This document shows, piece after piece, positions 12,649 to 25,739 of a DNA stretch of 64,000 nucleotides. Origin of the DNA: Mobula hypostoma (lineage: Eukaryota); the NCBI RefSeq assembly GCF_963921235.1, contig NC_086097.1, forward strand, positions 147,686,001 through 147,750,000, read 5' to 3'. The notes below the pieces were generated by a model. That model did no database searches. It was not told where the DNA came from and worked only from the letters and a program-made list of their open reading frames with translations. Made by a program: the position numbers and the translations under genes. Every line of letters begins with the position of its first letter. Positions within the stretch are counted from its first letter, which is position 1.

Positions 12649-14222
12649 CAGTGCCTTTAAAAAGTTTTAACCCCCCCCCCCCCCCCGGAATTCTTTTGAT
12701 GTTTTATTGTTTTGCAACATCAAATTCCAGTGAATTTAATTTCTACTAATTGGTCTAAATTTATTACAATTAGTAAACACAAAATAACTGATTGCATAAG
12801 TATTCACCCCTTTCAAGTCAGTTTTTAATAGATGCACCTTTGGCGGCAATTACAGCCTTGAGTTTGTGTGAATAGGTGTCTGTCAGCTTTGCACATTGGA
12901 CTCAGCAATTTTTCCCCGTTCTTCTTAACAAAACTGCTCAAGCTGTATCAGATTTCATGGGGATCATGAGTAAACAGCCCTTTTCTAGCACAGACTCAAA
13001 TTCTCTATTGAATTGAGGTCTGGACTTGGCCACTTCAGGACACTAACTTTGTTGCCTTTGAGCCATCCCTGTGTAACTTTGGCTTTATTCTTGGGGTCAT
13101 TGTCTGGAAAACAAATCTCCTCCCAAGTCACAGTTCTCTTGTAGGCTGTATCAGGTTTTCCTCCAGGATTTCCGTGTATTTTGCTGCATTCATTTTACCC
13201 TCTACCTTCACAAGCCTTCCAGGACCTGCTGCAATGAAGCACCCCACAGCATGATGCAGCCATTACCTTGCTTCACAGTAGGTCTGGTGTATTTTTGATG
13301 ATTTGCAGTGTTTGGCTTATGCCAAACATAGAATTTAGTCTGACGGTCAGTAGCTCAATTTTGGTTTCATCAGATCATAGAACCTTCTTCCAACTGACTT
13401 CAGAGTCTCCCACATGCCTTCTGGCAAACTCTAGCTGAGATTTCATGTGAGTTTTTTTTTCAACAGTGGCCTTCTCTTTGCTACGCTTCCATAAAGCTGC
13501 AACTGGTGAAGCACTTGGGCAACAATTGTTGTATGCGCAGTCTCTCCCATCTCAGCCACTGAAGCTTGTAACTCCTCCAGAGTTGTCATAGGTCTCTTGG
13601 TGGCCTCTCTCACTAGTCCCCTTCTTGTATGGTTACTTGGTTTTTGAGGATGGCCTGCTCTCGGTAGATTTACAGCTTGGCCAAATTCTTTCCATTTTTT
13701 GATGACTGACTTAACTGTACTCCAAGGTATATTCAGTGACCTTGGAAATTTTCTATTATCCATCTCCTGATTTGTGTTTTTCAATAATCTTTTTGCAGAG
13801 TTGCTTGGAGTGTTCTTTTGTCTTCATGCTTTTGTTAGGACACTGACTCACCAGCAGTTGGACCTTCCAGATATAGATGTACTTTTCCTACAATCAGTTG
13901 AAACACCTTGACTGCACTCAGGTCTCCAAAAACAGATCTACATTTAGCTAATTATGTGACTTCTAAAATCAATTGGCTGCACCAGTGATAATTTGGTGTG
14001 TCATGTTAAAGGGAGTGAATCAAAGGGAGTGAATCAATTATTTTGTGTTTTATATTTGTAATCAGTTTACAATTCATAGAGATCTATTTTCCCTTTGACA
14101 CGAAAGTATCTTTTTCTGTTGATCCGTGTCAAAAAAAGCCAAATTAAATCCCCTGTTATTCAATGTTGTAAAACAATAAACATGAAAACTTGCAAGGGGT
14201 TGAATGCTTTTTGTAGGTGCTG
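12649..14222 (-). mobile_element. Tc1-like DNA transposon, decayed
   Basis: Starts TA|CAGTGCCTTTAAAAAG; degenerate inverted right end ..GCTTTTTGTAGGTGCTG. The inverted repeat extends inward (TTTATTGTTTTGCAACAT / ATGTTGTAAAACAATAAA). ORF 13443-13784 has a Tc1 HTH region (LNIPWSTVKSVIKKWKE..LVREATKRPMTTLEELQ), and a downstream SDETKIEL motif is present. Confidence 0.88.
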
Positions 14223-15166
14223 TCTATTCAATTGCTGTGATATTGCCAGTACTTGAGGTGCTAGAATGCAAAGTGACCATTTGATCAAGACACTAATGGA
14301 ACTACGAGCTGAAAGGAGCTGTCAAGAAAAGAATGCAAAGCATTCAAAGAAAACTCATTAAACTACTAAATAGTAGATATTGGATAATTCTGGCAGCATA
14401 TCAACTAAGAAGTGAACTGTAAGAAAATTTGTTTTGCTGTAAATCAATAATGCATGTTGTAAATTTATGCTCATAGGTCTAACTTAAAACAAAATCAATG
14501 CAAGAAAACAAATATCTATTAGTCTATTATGTGAATTAATTTCACAATGTACAATGTGTTCAGATATGAATGCTCCACTAATTATAGTTCTGGTAATACA
14601 AAATGTCTGCTAGTAATGAACTGAAGAATTCAGTTATACTCAAAGTCATGTTGTACTGTATTACTAACATCATACAGAGCTCTCATTGTATTCTCCCATT
14701 GGGAACATTGTTTCGCCTGTTTATCTTTTTAGTTTGGTCTTTATGTGTGATTTTTCTTTTTGTTTTGCACGAGCTTAGGAGAAGATGTAGACTGATCTAG
14801 CCCTTTGTCTCCAGATCAGCTTGGAGTAATTATGCTCAAACAGAAGAATGTCGTGGATTGTCTGTTCTCTCCTGTGCACTGTTGCTCAATGTGATAAATA
14901 AGATTGATTTGGTGTTGGCAGTTTTAAATCTTTGCCCAGTTAATCAGTTGCATTAAGATTCCCTCAAATTGTGCATTGTTCGAAATCAGAATTCGCTTTT
15001 AAAAGGAGATGTATTGTATCATATTCAGTGTGTACTGGTTGGAATGGTTGCTGAAGGTTCACTCCATAATGGTCAGTGCATTGGTGTAAAGTGCTGAATC
15101 CAAATGCCATATGACCATATGCAGTAATGGGTTTTTTTTCCCTTCTTGGAAAAATAATGTGATAAA

Positions 15167-15942
15167 CTTCTCCCTAGGCCTCCCGTCCCATGATCCTCTC
15201 CCTTCTCCAGCCTTGTATCCCTTTTGCCAATCAACTTTCCAGCTCTTGGCTCTATCCCTCCCCCTCCTGTCTTCTCCTATCATTTCGGATCTCCCTCTCC
15301 CCTTCCCACTTTCAGACATCTCACCCTGCAAAAACTCATTTCAGGGAGATAGCACCATCAATTTGTGGGAGACTCCCGGAACTTCCGGGAGACGTGGGAT
15401 GTCTGCAATAGAGTTGCTCCTTAGCAGGTAGCCAGCTAGCTTAAATAACGTTAGCTATGCTAATGAATGAATGAAACCTGTTAAACTCACCTCAACATGT
15501 CTTTTACAGTCTTAACCCAGCATGGGCAATAGAAAAGTCACTGTTGCAAACAGTGCAGCGAGCAACACTGTCATTATTTTTGACCCCTATTAGGCAGGAG
15601 TACACTTTAGGGTAGTCTGGGGTGACGTACTTTTTATATTTTCTTTTTTTGGAACTCTCTGCCATGGCATGCTCTCGCTCTCTCTCTCTCGCGCTCTCTC
15701 TCTCCCAAAAATTGATATCCGGGATGTTGTATATAATTTGCGGGCATCAGGGGACCACTATTGATGTGCGGGAGACTCCCGGAACTTCCGGGAGAGGTGG
15801 GATGTCTGCACTTTCAAATCTCTTACTATCACTTCTTTCAGTTAGTCCTGTCAAAGGGTCTCGGCCTGAAACGTCGACTGTGCTTCTTCCTATGGATGCT
15901 ATCTGGTCTGATGCGTTCCACCAGCATTTTGTCTGTGTTGCT
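15167..15942 (+). mobile_element. Penelope-like 3' fragment interrupted by a MITE
   Basis: Same 3' sequence as other copies on both sides of 15313-15808. The hammerhead core is mutated to CTGTCAAA near 15848. Confidence 0.8.
15313..15808. mobile_element. Non-autonomous DNA transposon (MITE), 496 bp
   Basis: TIRs CAGACATCTCACC / GGTGGGATGTCTG; flanking duplication CACTTT at 15307-15312 and 15809-15814. Removing it restores the Penelope sequence CCCACTTTCAAATC. Confidence 0.85.
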
Positions 15943-16688
15943 GTGATAAGCTTCTGGTGTTTTTTTCCTGAAGCTTTTTATTGTTCCCGTAAACTGAAAA
16001 TCTTGATGCATTTTGGAGAACAATTCCGTGGCCAGCTGTTTTAAGACCAATTTACAGATGTTCAAATAAATTGACTGAAAAATAATTGCAGAAAACACCA
16101 CAGTTAATCATTGTTTCAAATACATTCAACGTTACTGCTATTCATTGACATGAACTCGTTGTGTCAGGAAAAGCAGTAATAGAGCAATGGGTGATCTGCA
16201 GGGGGCAACTGTTTCCCATACAGACGAGGCACGGAAAAGGGAAAGATGGAGAAACCAAAGTCAGCACTGCTTGGATGAGAAAAGAGATTGTGAATATGAT
16301 GAAATAAAAGAGGGCGTGCATGGTACAAAACTGCCGAGTTCTTAAAGCATCTTCACCTATTGCTTTATCACTGCTTTTACTACTGTATTTTATTCTATTT
16401 TATCTGAGTTAAATCCCCTTTCACCACTGAAGTTGGCTCTCTTACAACTAAGAAATTCCATTTTAAATTGTGTTCCTTGTCCTCCTTTCCTCTGGATATT
16501 TTGTGACTCTCTACGATCACCTGTGTGATAGCAAATCACGTGTAACTCAATAATGCAAAATACTGATCAGTTCCTTCAAAATAATGACTAGATATCTGCA
16601 CTTTGATTCTGTCTGCACAATTCCTTCCCCATTGGTGCCATGCTGTGCACTACATTCGTTTAAAGTGCTAACCCTCCCACCAGTTAGG

Positions 16689-17085
16689 AAATCAGAATCA
16701 GGTTATTATCGCAGGCATGTGACGTGAAATTTGTTAACTTAGCAGCAGCAGTTCAATGCAATACATAATATAGAAGAGAAAAATAAGTAAATAAGTAAAT
16801 CAATTACAATATACGTAGATTGAATAGATTAAAGAACATGTAAAAAAAGAAGTACTGCATATTTTTAAAAAAGTGAGGTAGTTTCCAAGGGTTCAATGTC
16901 CATTTAGGAATCGGATGGCGGAGGGGAAGAAGCTGTTCCTGAATCGCTGAGTGTGTGCCTTCAGGCTTCTGTACCTCCTACCTGATGGTAACAGTGAGAA
17001 AAGGGCATTCCCTTGACGCTGGCGGTCCTTAGTAATAGACCCTGCCTTTCTGAGACAGTGCTCCCTGAAGATGTCCTGGGTACAT
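16689..17085 (-). mobile_element. Rex1-type LINE 3' fragment
   Basis: Reverse strand reads LLPSGRRYRSLKAHTQRFRNSFFP; (GATTCT)n tail at ~16689-16703. Confidence 0.75.
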
Positions 17086-17494
17086 AGTGATGCATAACAA
17101 CCTGTATAAAATAAAACAGTATAGCACAGGTACAGGCCTTTCAGCCCACAAAGTCTATACCGACCATGCTCCTAATCTAAACTTCTCCTGTCTACCTGTT
17201 GAAGGGCCATATCCCTTCATTCCAGGGGTTCCCAAGCTGGTGTTTGTGGACCCCTTGCTTAATGGAATTTGTCCATGGCATAAAACACATTGGGGACCCT
17301 TGCTCTATTCCCTCCTCATTCATGTGTCTGTCTAAATGTGTCTTAGTTGTTGCTGTTGTATTTGGTTCTTCCATGTACCTGCCATCGACTTTAAAACCAT
17401 ACCCTCGTATTTGACATTTCTATCTTGGAGAAAAGAGTAACATATGCACTATGTATTTCTCTGATTATATAAGTTGTATTGTCACCCTCTACTT

Positions 17495-18755
17495 CAAGTC
17501 GTCACTTTTTATTGTCATTTCGACCATAACTGTTGGCACAGTACACAGTAAAAACGAGACAATGTTTTTCAGGACCATGGTGCTACATGAAACAATACAA
17601 AAACTGCACTGAACTACGTAAAACAACACAAAAATTACACTAGACTACAGACCTACCCAGGACTGCATAAAGTGCACAAAACATTGCAGGCATTACAATA
17701 AATAATAAACAAGACAATAGGCACAGTAGAGAGCAGTAGGTTGGTGTCAGTCCAGGCTCTGGGTATTGAGGAGTCTGATGGTATGGGGGAAGAAACTGTT
17801 GCATAGTCTGGTCGTGAGAGTCCGAATGGTTCGGTGCCTTTTGCTAGATGGCAGGAGGGAGAAGAGTTTATATGAGGGGTGCATGGGGTCATTCATAATG
17901 CTGTTTGCTTTGTAGATGCAGCATGTGGTGTAAATGTCTGTAATGGCGGGAAGAGAGACCCCGATGATCTTCTCAGCTGACCTCACTATCCGCTGCAGGG
18001 TCTTGCAATCCGAGATGGTGCAATTTCCGAACCAGGCAGTGATGCAGCTGCTCAGGATGCTCTCAGTACAACCTCTGTAGAATGTGGTGAGGATGGGGGG
18101 TGGGAGATGGACTTTTCTCAGCCTTCGCAGAAAGTAGACTTGCTGCTGGGCTTTCTTTGCTATGGAGCTGGTGTTGAGGGACCAGGTGAGATTCTCCGCC
18201 AGGTGAACATCAAGAAATTTGGTGCTCTTAATGATCTCTACGGAGGAGTCATCGATGTTCAGCGGAGAGGTTCAGTGGTTGCTCCGTGTCCTCCTGAAGT
18301 CAACAACCATCTCTTTTGTTTTGTTCACATTCAGAGACAGGGTATTGGCTGTGAACCAGTCTGTTAGCCGCTGCACCTCCTCTCTGTATGCTGACTCATC
18401 ATTCTTGCTGATGAGACCCACCAGGATCGTGTCATTGGCAAACTTGATGTGGTTCGAGCTGTGTGTTGCAGCACAGTCGTGGGTCAGCAGAGTGAACAGC
18501 AGTGGACTGAGCACACAGCCCTGGGGGGCCGGGGGGGGGGAGCTGTGCTCAGTGTGATGGTGTTGGAGATGCTGCTTCCGATCCGGACTGACTGAGGTCT
18601 CCCAGTCAGGAAGTCTAGGATCCAGTTGCAGAGGGAGTTGTTCCTGCCCAGTAGGCTGAGCTTTCCAATCAGTTTCTGAGGAATGATTGTGTTGAATGCT
18701 GAACTGAAGTTGTGAATAGCATTCGAACGTGTCTTTTTTGTCCAGGTGGGTTAGG
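17495..18755 (-). mobile_element. Rex1 LINE, 5'-truncated
   Basis: RT motifs [35 protein letters not shown] and a C-terminal LLPSSKRHRTI. Confidence 0.85.
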
Positions 18756-18859
18756 ACTTACACAGGACCTTAGAGAAAACAATCCAAGCAAAAAGCATTC
18801 TATAGAATTTGAGACTCAGTAATTAATAATGGGAAATAAAGTGACTGAGGAGACTAACA

Positions 18860-19600
18860 TCAGTGCCGGGAAAGTTATCGCAGGAATTCTGAGAAACAAG
18901 ATCTAAGTGCATTTGGAAAGACGAGGACTGATTAGGGATTATCAGCATAACTTTGTGAATGGAAAATTAATACACCATATTGAGTTTTTTGAGGTGAGTG
19001 AGTGAATTGAGAAGAAGTGAGTGAGTGAATTGAGAGGCCAGAGCAGTAGGCATCATCTACATGACTTTAGTAAGGCTTTTGATAAGATGCTGCATGATAG
19101 ACTATCTAAAAGTTTGATAACATGGTATTCAGGTGAGCTAGCCAAATTGGATACAAATTTGGCTTGGTGGAAGGAGTTGGAGAGTGGTTGTGGAGCCTTG
19201 TTTTTTCACACTGGTTGCTCATGACCAAGTAGTGTGCTGTGGGGATTGGTACAAGGTCCACTGTTATTTGTCACACATTAAAAGATTTGCATGAAAATAT
19301 AGGGTGGCATGATTAGTAAATTATTTGGTGAAGATGTTGTCTTGATGGTATGACAAGATTGAGATCAACTAGGAAAATGGTCCAAGGAATGGTGAATGGA
19401 ATTTAACTTGGACAAGTACAAAGTTATGCATTTTGTAAAGTTAAACCTGGACAGGAAATGCATGGCCCTGATGAATGTTGTCGAAAAGAGAAATATAGGA
19501 GAACAAGTGTAGAGTTCCCTGAAGTGCCAAGACTGGTGGACAATGTGTTAAAGAATGCGTATGACACACATGCTTTTATCATTCGAGGCAATGAGTTCTA
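18860..19600 (+). mobile_element. Old CR1 LINE remnant
   Basis: DFSKAFDK motif at ~19063-19086 plus further degenerate CR1 RT segments. Confidence 0.65.
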
Positions 19601-19989
19601 AACATAAACATATTTGCAGGGAACAATGTATTTGACAATTGGACACTTACCAGGACACTGGCATTTGTGCAAATCCTGCCCTACTTTAACTTTACAAAAA
19701 TGCATCATATCACATTGTCTGAATTAAATTCTATATGCTATTCCATTCCTAGCAGGTGGAGCTGATATTAGTCTTGCATCTGTATTGGAGAAAATGCTAA
19801 AAACTATTGCTTTGCAAGTGTTAGTAGAGCATTTGGAAAAATATCATGCAGAGTTGATACAGGTTTAAGAAAGGAGAATTATATTTAGCACAAACAACAG
19901 GAATTCTGCAGATGCTGGAAATTCAAGCAACATACATCAGAGTTGCTAGTGAACGCAGCAGGCCAAGCAGCATCTGTAGGAAGAGGTGC

Positions 19990-20025
19990 AGTCGACGTTT
20001 CAGGCCGAGACCCTTCGTCAGGACT
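19990..20025 (-). ncRNA. Minimal type I hammerhead ribozyme motif
   Basis: Reverse complement reads AGTC-CTGACGA-A-GGGTCTCGGCCT-GAAA-CGTC-GACT; all core nucleotides are present. Confidence 0.8.
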
Positions 20026-21888
20026 AACTGAAGGAAGAGCGAGTAAGGGATTTGAAAGTTGGAGGGGGAGGGGGAGATCCAAAATGATAGGAGAAGACAG
20101 GAGGGGGAGGGATAGAGCCGAGAGCTGGACAGGTGATAGGCAAAAGGGGATACGAGAGGATCATGGGACAGGAGGTCCGGGAAGAAAGACAAGAGCGGGG
20201 GGGGTGACCCAGAGGATGGGCAAGAGGTATATTCAGAGGGACAGAGGGAGAAAAAGGAGAGTGAGAGGAAGAATGTGTGCATAAAAATGAGTAACAGATG
20301 GGGTACGAGGGGGAGGTGGGGCCTTAGCGGAAGTTAGAGAAGTCGATGTTCATGCCATCAGGTTGGAGGCTACCCAGACAGAATATAAGGTGTTGTTCTT
20401 CCAACCTGAGTGTGGCTTCATCTCCACAGTAGAGGAGTCCGTGGACAGACATGTCAGAATGGGAATGGGATGTGGAATTAAAATGTGTGGCCACTGGGAG
20501 ATCCTGCTTTCTCTGGCGGACAGAGCGTAGATGTTCAGCAAAGCGGTCTCCCAGTCTGCGTCGGGTCTCAGCAATATATAAAAGGCCACATCGGGAGCAC
20601 TGGACGCAGTATATCACCCCAGTCGACTCACAGGTGAAGTGATGCCTCACCTGGAAGGACTGTTTGGGGCCCTGAATGGTGGTAACTGATGTCTACTATA
20701 AGCCTACTGACTCTCACAGCTATCTGGACTATTCCTTTTCTCACCCTGTCTCTTGCAAAAACACCATCCCCTTCTCGCAATTCCTCCGTCTCCGCCGCAT
20801 CTGCTCTCAGGATGAGGCTTTTCATTCTAGGACGAGGGAGATGTCTTCCTTTTTTAAAGAAAGGGGCTTCCCTTCCTCCACTATCAACTCTGCTCTTAAA
20901 CGCATCTCCCCCATTTCAGGTACATCTGCTCTCACTCCATCCTCCCGCCACCCCACTAGGAATAGGGTTCCCCTGGTCCTCACCTACCACCCCACCAGCC
21001 TCCGGGTCCAACATATTATTCTCCGTAACTTCCGCCACCTCCAACGGGATCCCACCACTAAGCACATCTTTCCCTCCCCCCCCCCCTGCATTCCGCAGGG
21101 ATCGCTCCCTACACAACTCCCTTGTCCATTCGTCCCCCCCATCCCTCCCCCGCATCCCTCCCCACTGATCTCCCTCCTGGCACTTATCCGTGTAAGCGGA
21201 ACAAGTGCTACACATGCCCTTACACTTCCTCCCTTACCACCATTCAGGGCCCAAACAGTCCTTCCAGGTGAGGCATCACTTCACCTGTGAGTCGACTGGG
21301 GTGATATACTGCGTCCGGTGCTCCCGATGTGGCCTTTTATATATTGGTGAGACCCGACGCAGACTGGGAGACCGCTTTGCTGAACATCTACGCTCTGTCC
21401 ACCAGAGAAAGCAGGATCTCCCAGTGGCCACACATTTTAATTCCACATCCCATTCCCATTCTGACATGTCTGTCCACGGCCTCCTCTACCGTGGAGATGA
21501 AGCCACACTCAGGTTGGAGGAACAACACCTTATATTCCGTCTGGGTAGCCTCCAACCTGATGGCATGAACATCGACTTCTCTAACTTCCGCTAAGGCCCC
21601 ACCTCCCCCTCGTACCCCATCTGTTACTCATTTTTATGCACACATTCTTTCTCTCACTCTCCTTTTTCTCCCTCTGTCCCTCTGAATATACCTCTTGCCC
21701 ATCCTCTGGGTCACCCCCCCCCTGTCTTTCTTCCCGGACCTCCTGTCCCATGATCCTCTCGTATCCCCTTTTGCCTATCACCTGTCCAGCTCTCGGCTCT
21801 ATCCCTCCCCCTCCTGTCTTCTCCTATCATTTTGGATCTCCCCCTCCCCCTCCAACCTTCAAATCCCTTACTCACTCTTCCTTCAGTT

Positions 21889-21924
21889 AGTCCTGACGAA
21901 GGGTCTCGGCCTGAAACGTCGACT
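21889..21924 (+). ncRNA. Minimal type I hammerhead ribozyme motif
   Basis: AGTC-CTGACGA-A-GGGTCTCGGCCT-GAAA-CGTC^GACT; predicted GUC cleavage after 21920; palindromic ACGT stem III. Confidence 0.8.
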
Positions 21925-22539
21925 GCACCTCTTCCTACAGATGCTGCTTGGCCTGCTGGGTTCACCAGCAACTTTGATGTATGTTGATTATATTTAGCAC
22001 TCTTATTAGAGTTCTTGGAGAACTTGATTAGCTGGGTATAAAAAGAGAGGCATTGCAGTGCATTTGGTAAGGTGTCACATAAAAGGTTGCCGTATTCATA
22101 GGATTAACAGCTGTAAGCCAGTATTGACAGAGAATAAACAGACCAGGGATAAACAAGTTATTTTTAGGTTGGCAGGCTATCAGTTCTGCTGTGCCTCAGG
22201 TGTTCCTGCTGTGGCCTCAGCTGTTTACTCTTTCTGATGCCTTGGATGAAAGGGCAGCAATAAATTGCTAATGATACAGTGGTAAAGCAAATTTTGAAAA
22301 TGGCAGTAAGACTCTATTTAGGAATGTGGGCAATTCAAATGAATGAGTAAAACATGGCTGAACAATGCTTTGGGGAAATATGTGACTCTTATAAGTGTTG
22401 AGTGAAGTAATCAGGAGGAATATTAAGGAAGTAGGAGAGAAATTAAACAGGGAATCATCTGGGCTTAAAGGTGCCGTGAAATGTTTTTAATAAGTTGAGT
22501 TAAAGGGAATCCAAGAGCATTTTGTAGATACACTTAGAA

Positions 22540-23330
22540 ACAACTAGGTAGTGACTTTGGGACTCTGAAGAGCATAAAGTACCTGATAAGATCTATCCCA
22601 AATTATGTAGACTGGCAAGAGATGAGATTGTTGGGACTTTGACAAAGACCTTTGAATGCTCTTTAGTCACAGATAAAGTCCCATAGGTTGTAACCAATAT
22701 TGTTGCTTTATTTTTAAGTATGGCAAAAGAGACACACCAGGAAGCTTTTAGGATTAGTTTTCAAGTCCACAGCTCCCTGAGAGTAGCCACCCAAGTAGAT
22801 AGAGCAGTAAAGTTGTGTGGTATGTTTGCCTTTATCAGTTGGGTATTGTGTACAAGAGTCAGCAAGTTCTATAGCAGCTGTACAAAACTGTGATAAAGTT
22901 GAACATAGAGTGTTGTGTGCAGTTCCAATCACTCCATTACAAGAAGGAGGCTTTGGAGGGGGTGCAGAAGAGGTTTATTGGAATGCTGCCTGGATTAGTG
23001 GGCATGGATTTAAAGGAAAGGTTAGATGAAATTGGATTGCATTTTCTGGAGGGTCGGAGCTGAGGGGAGATCTAACAGAAGGTGATAAAATTATGAGAAG
23101 CATAATAAGGTAGACAGTCAGAATCTTTTTCCTAAGGTAAAAAAAAGAAATCAAATACTAGAGGGCATTGGTTTAAAGTGGGAGGGAAAAAAGCTTAAAG
23201 AAACGTGTGAGGTAGGTTTTTACACAAGTGGTAGATGCCTAAAACGCACTGCCGGTGGTGGTGGAAGAATTTAAGGGACTTTCAAACAGGCACATGAATA
23301 GGGATAGGACCTATTTGCATCTGGAAAATA
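22540..23330 (+). mobile_element. CR1 LINE remnants
   Basis: Degenerate CR1 3' motifs (GGTGCAGAAGAGGTTTA, CTGAGGGGAGATCTAACAGAAG, AATACTAGAGGGCAT). Confidence 0.6.
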
Positions 23331-23663
23331 ATTGACTTCAAGGGATAGTCAACATGGCTTCAGCAGTTTTCAAGAGAACTTCAACAGCTAAATATGACTT
23401 CTCATCTATACATGTACACATGCTTGTTTATGCCATTGAAACAATATTGGGCATAGTCAGCCATATCTGAGTAAATCTTTGAAATAATATTTTCCTTGAC
23501 CTCCTTTGTTAACCATGGATGTTCATCTTTCTCTGGATCCCTCGTTCTACATTGAACTGTACAGCAGAGGAACAAGCCCCTCAAGCCACCGTGTCTATGC
23601 TCACCATAATACCACATTTAATCTATTTATAAATTTATGCTGAGTACTATGGACTACCTCATG

Positions 23664-25478
23664 GTCATAGTCATAGTCATACTTTATTGATCCCGAAGGA
23701 AATTGGTTTTCGTTACAGTTGCACCATAAATAATAAATAGTAATAGAAGTAGTAACAGTAATATTAATGTTAGTAAATAATAAATAGTAATAGTCATGGA
23801 AATAATAACTAGTAATAGAATAGTAATAGAAAATAGTAATAAATAGTTAAATAGTAATATGTAAATTATGCCAGTAAATTATGAAATAAGTCCAGGACCA
23901 GCCTATCGGCTCAGGGTGTCTGACCCTCCAAGGGAGGAGTTGTAAAGTTTGATGGCCACAGGCAGGAATGACTTCCTATGATGCTCTGTGGTGCATCTCA
24001 GAGGAATGAGTCTCTGGCTGAATGTACTCCTGTGCCCACCCAGTACATTATGTAGTGGATGGGAGACATTGACCAAGATGGCATGCAACTTAGACAGCAT
24101 CCTCTTTTCAGACACCACCGTGAGAGAGTCCAGTTCCATCCCCACAACATCACTGGCCTTACGAATGAGTTTGTTGATTCTGTTGGTGTCTGCTACCCTC
24201 AGCCTGCTGCCCCAGCACACAACAGCAAACATGATAGCTCTGGCCACCACAGACTCGTAGAACATCCTCAGCATCGTCCGGCAGATGTTAAAGGACCTCA
24301 GTCTCCTCAGGAAGTAGAGACGGCTCTGACCCTTCTTGTAGACAGCCTGTGTTCTTTGACCAGTCCAGTTTATTGTCAATACGTATCCCCAGGTATTTGT
24401 AATCCTCCACTATGTCCACACTGAAACGGGTCACCGGTACCTTAGCTCTCCTCAGGTCTACCACCAGCTCCTTAGTCTTTTTCACATTAAGCTGCAGATA
24501 ATTCTGCTCACACCATGTGACAAAGATTCCTACAGTAGCCCTGTACTCAGCCTCATCTCCCTTGCTGACGCATCCAACTATGGCAGAGTCATCAGAAAAC
24601 TTCTGAAGATGACAAGACTCTGTGCAGTAGTTGAAGTCCAAGGTGTACTTCAAGAAGAAAAAGGGAGACAAGACAGTCCCCTGTGGAGCCCCAGTGCTGC
24701 TGATCACTCTGTCGGACACACAGTGTTGCAAGCACACGTACTGTGGTCTGCCAGTCAGGTAATCAAGAATCCATGACACCAGGGAAGCATCCACCTGCAT
24801 TGCTGTCAGCTTCTCCCCCAGCAGCGCAGGGCGGATGGTGTTGAATGCACTGGAGAAGTCAAAAAACATGACCCTCACAGTGCTCGCTGGCTTGTCCAGG
24901 TGGGCGTAGACACGGTTCAGCAGGTAGATGATGGCATCCTCAACTCCTAGTCGGGGCTGGTAGGCGAACTGGAGGGGATCTAAGTGTGGCCTGACCATAG
25001 GCTGGAGCAGCTCCAGAACAAGTCTCTCCAGGGTCTTCATGATGTGGGAGGCCAATGCCACCAGTCTGTAGTCATTGAGGCCACTGGGGTGCAGCATCTT
25101 CAGCACAGGGACGAGGCAGGACGTTTTCCACAGTACAGGAACCCTCCGGAGCCTCAGGCTCATGTTGAATACATGGCGAAGTACTCCACATAGCTGAGGG
25201 GCACAGGCTCTGAGCACCCTGGTACTGACACCATCCGGTCCTGCAGCCTTGCTTGGGTTGAGACGTTTCAGCTGTCTTCTCACCTGTTCAGCTGTGAAGC
25301 CCAACATGATGGTTTTGTGTGGGGGAGGGGTATAGTCATGAGAGCAGGGTGGGGGACTGTGAGGAGGGGTAGGAGGGGAGAGTGGAATATGTGTTGGTTG
25401 GGGGCCGACAACAGATGGCTCATGTGGGGGATGGGCAGGGGTCACAATGTCAAATCTGTTAAAGAATAGGTTAGGTTC
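23664..25478 (-). mobile_element. 5'-truncated Rex1/Babar LINE, same subfamily as 5643-8908
   Basis: ORF 24288-25445 encodes RT ([28 protein letters not shown]). Highly similar to the first copy; (GACTAT)n tail. Confidence 0.92.
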
Positions 25479-25739
25479 TTACCTGTTAAGATATTTGCTG
25501 CTTCATATCAACTAATGCAGCCCTTCTCAACCTTTTTGCCCTGAAGGAACCCTTGAAGTAATTTTCAGACCTGCAGGGAACCCCTGCATAAAAAATTATT
25601 ATGTGTTAGCGTGATCAGTAAGTTGTAGATATAATAGTCCAAAAACAAATGATGATGCTCTTTTGAGTAGAGAGTGAATTTTTAACGAACTTTTCTTGGA
25701 AAAAAAAACAAATAATTAAGCTTAGCTTACGTTTCCACG

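Larger units (their letters stand above)
19892..21986. mobile_element. Penelope-like (Neptune-type) element with ~755-bp inverted arms
   Basis: Arms 19928-20685 (-) and 21234-21986 (+) are near-identical reverse complements. The spacer encodes the RT C-terminus (YYKPTDSHSYLDY..IPFSQFLRLRRICS) and a Cys-rich linker. GIY-YIG ORFs at 20324-20650 (-) and 21205-21594 (+). 14-bp TSD ATTATATTTAGCAC at 19878-19891 and 21987-22000. Confidence 0.95.

Noticed and set aside
20324..21594. Host or prokaryote-like GIY-YIG nuclease genes
   Set aside because: They are repeated, truncated C-termini of the Penelope RT-endonuclease ORF, with no independent gene structure.
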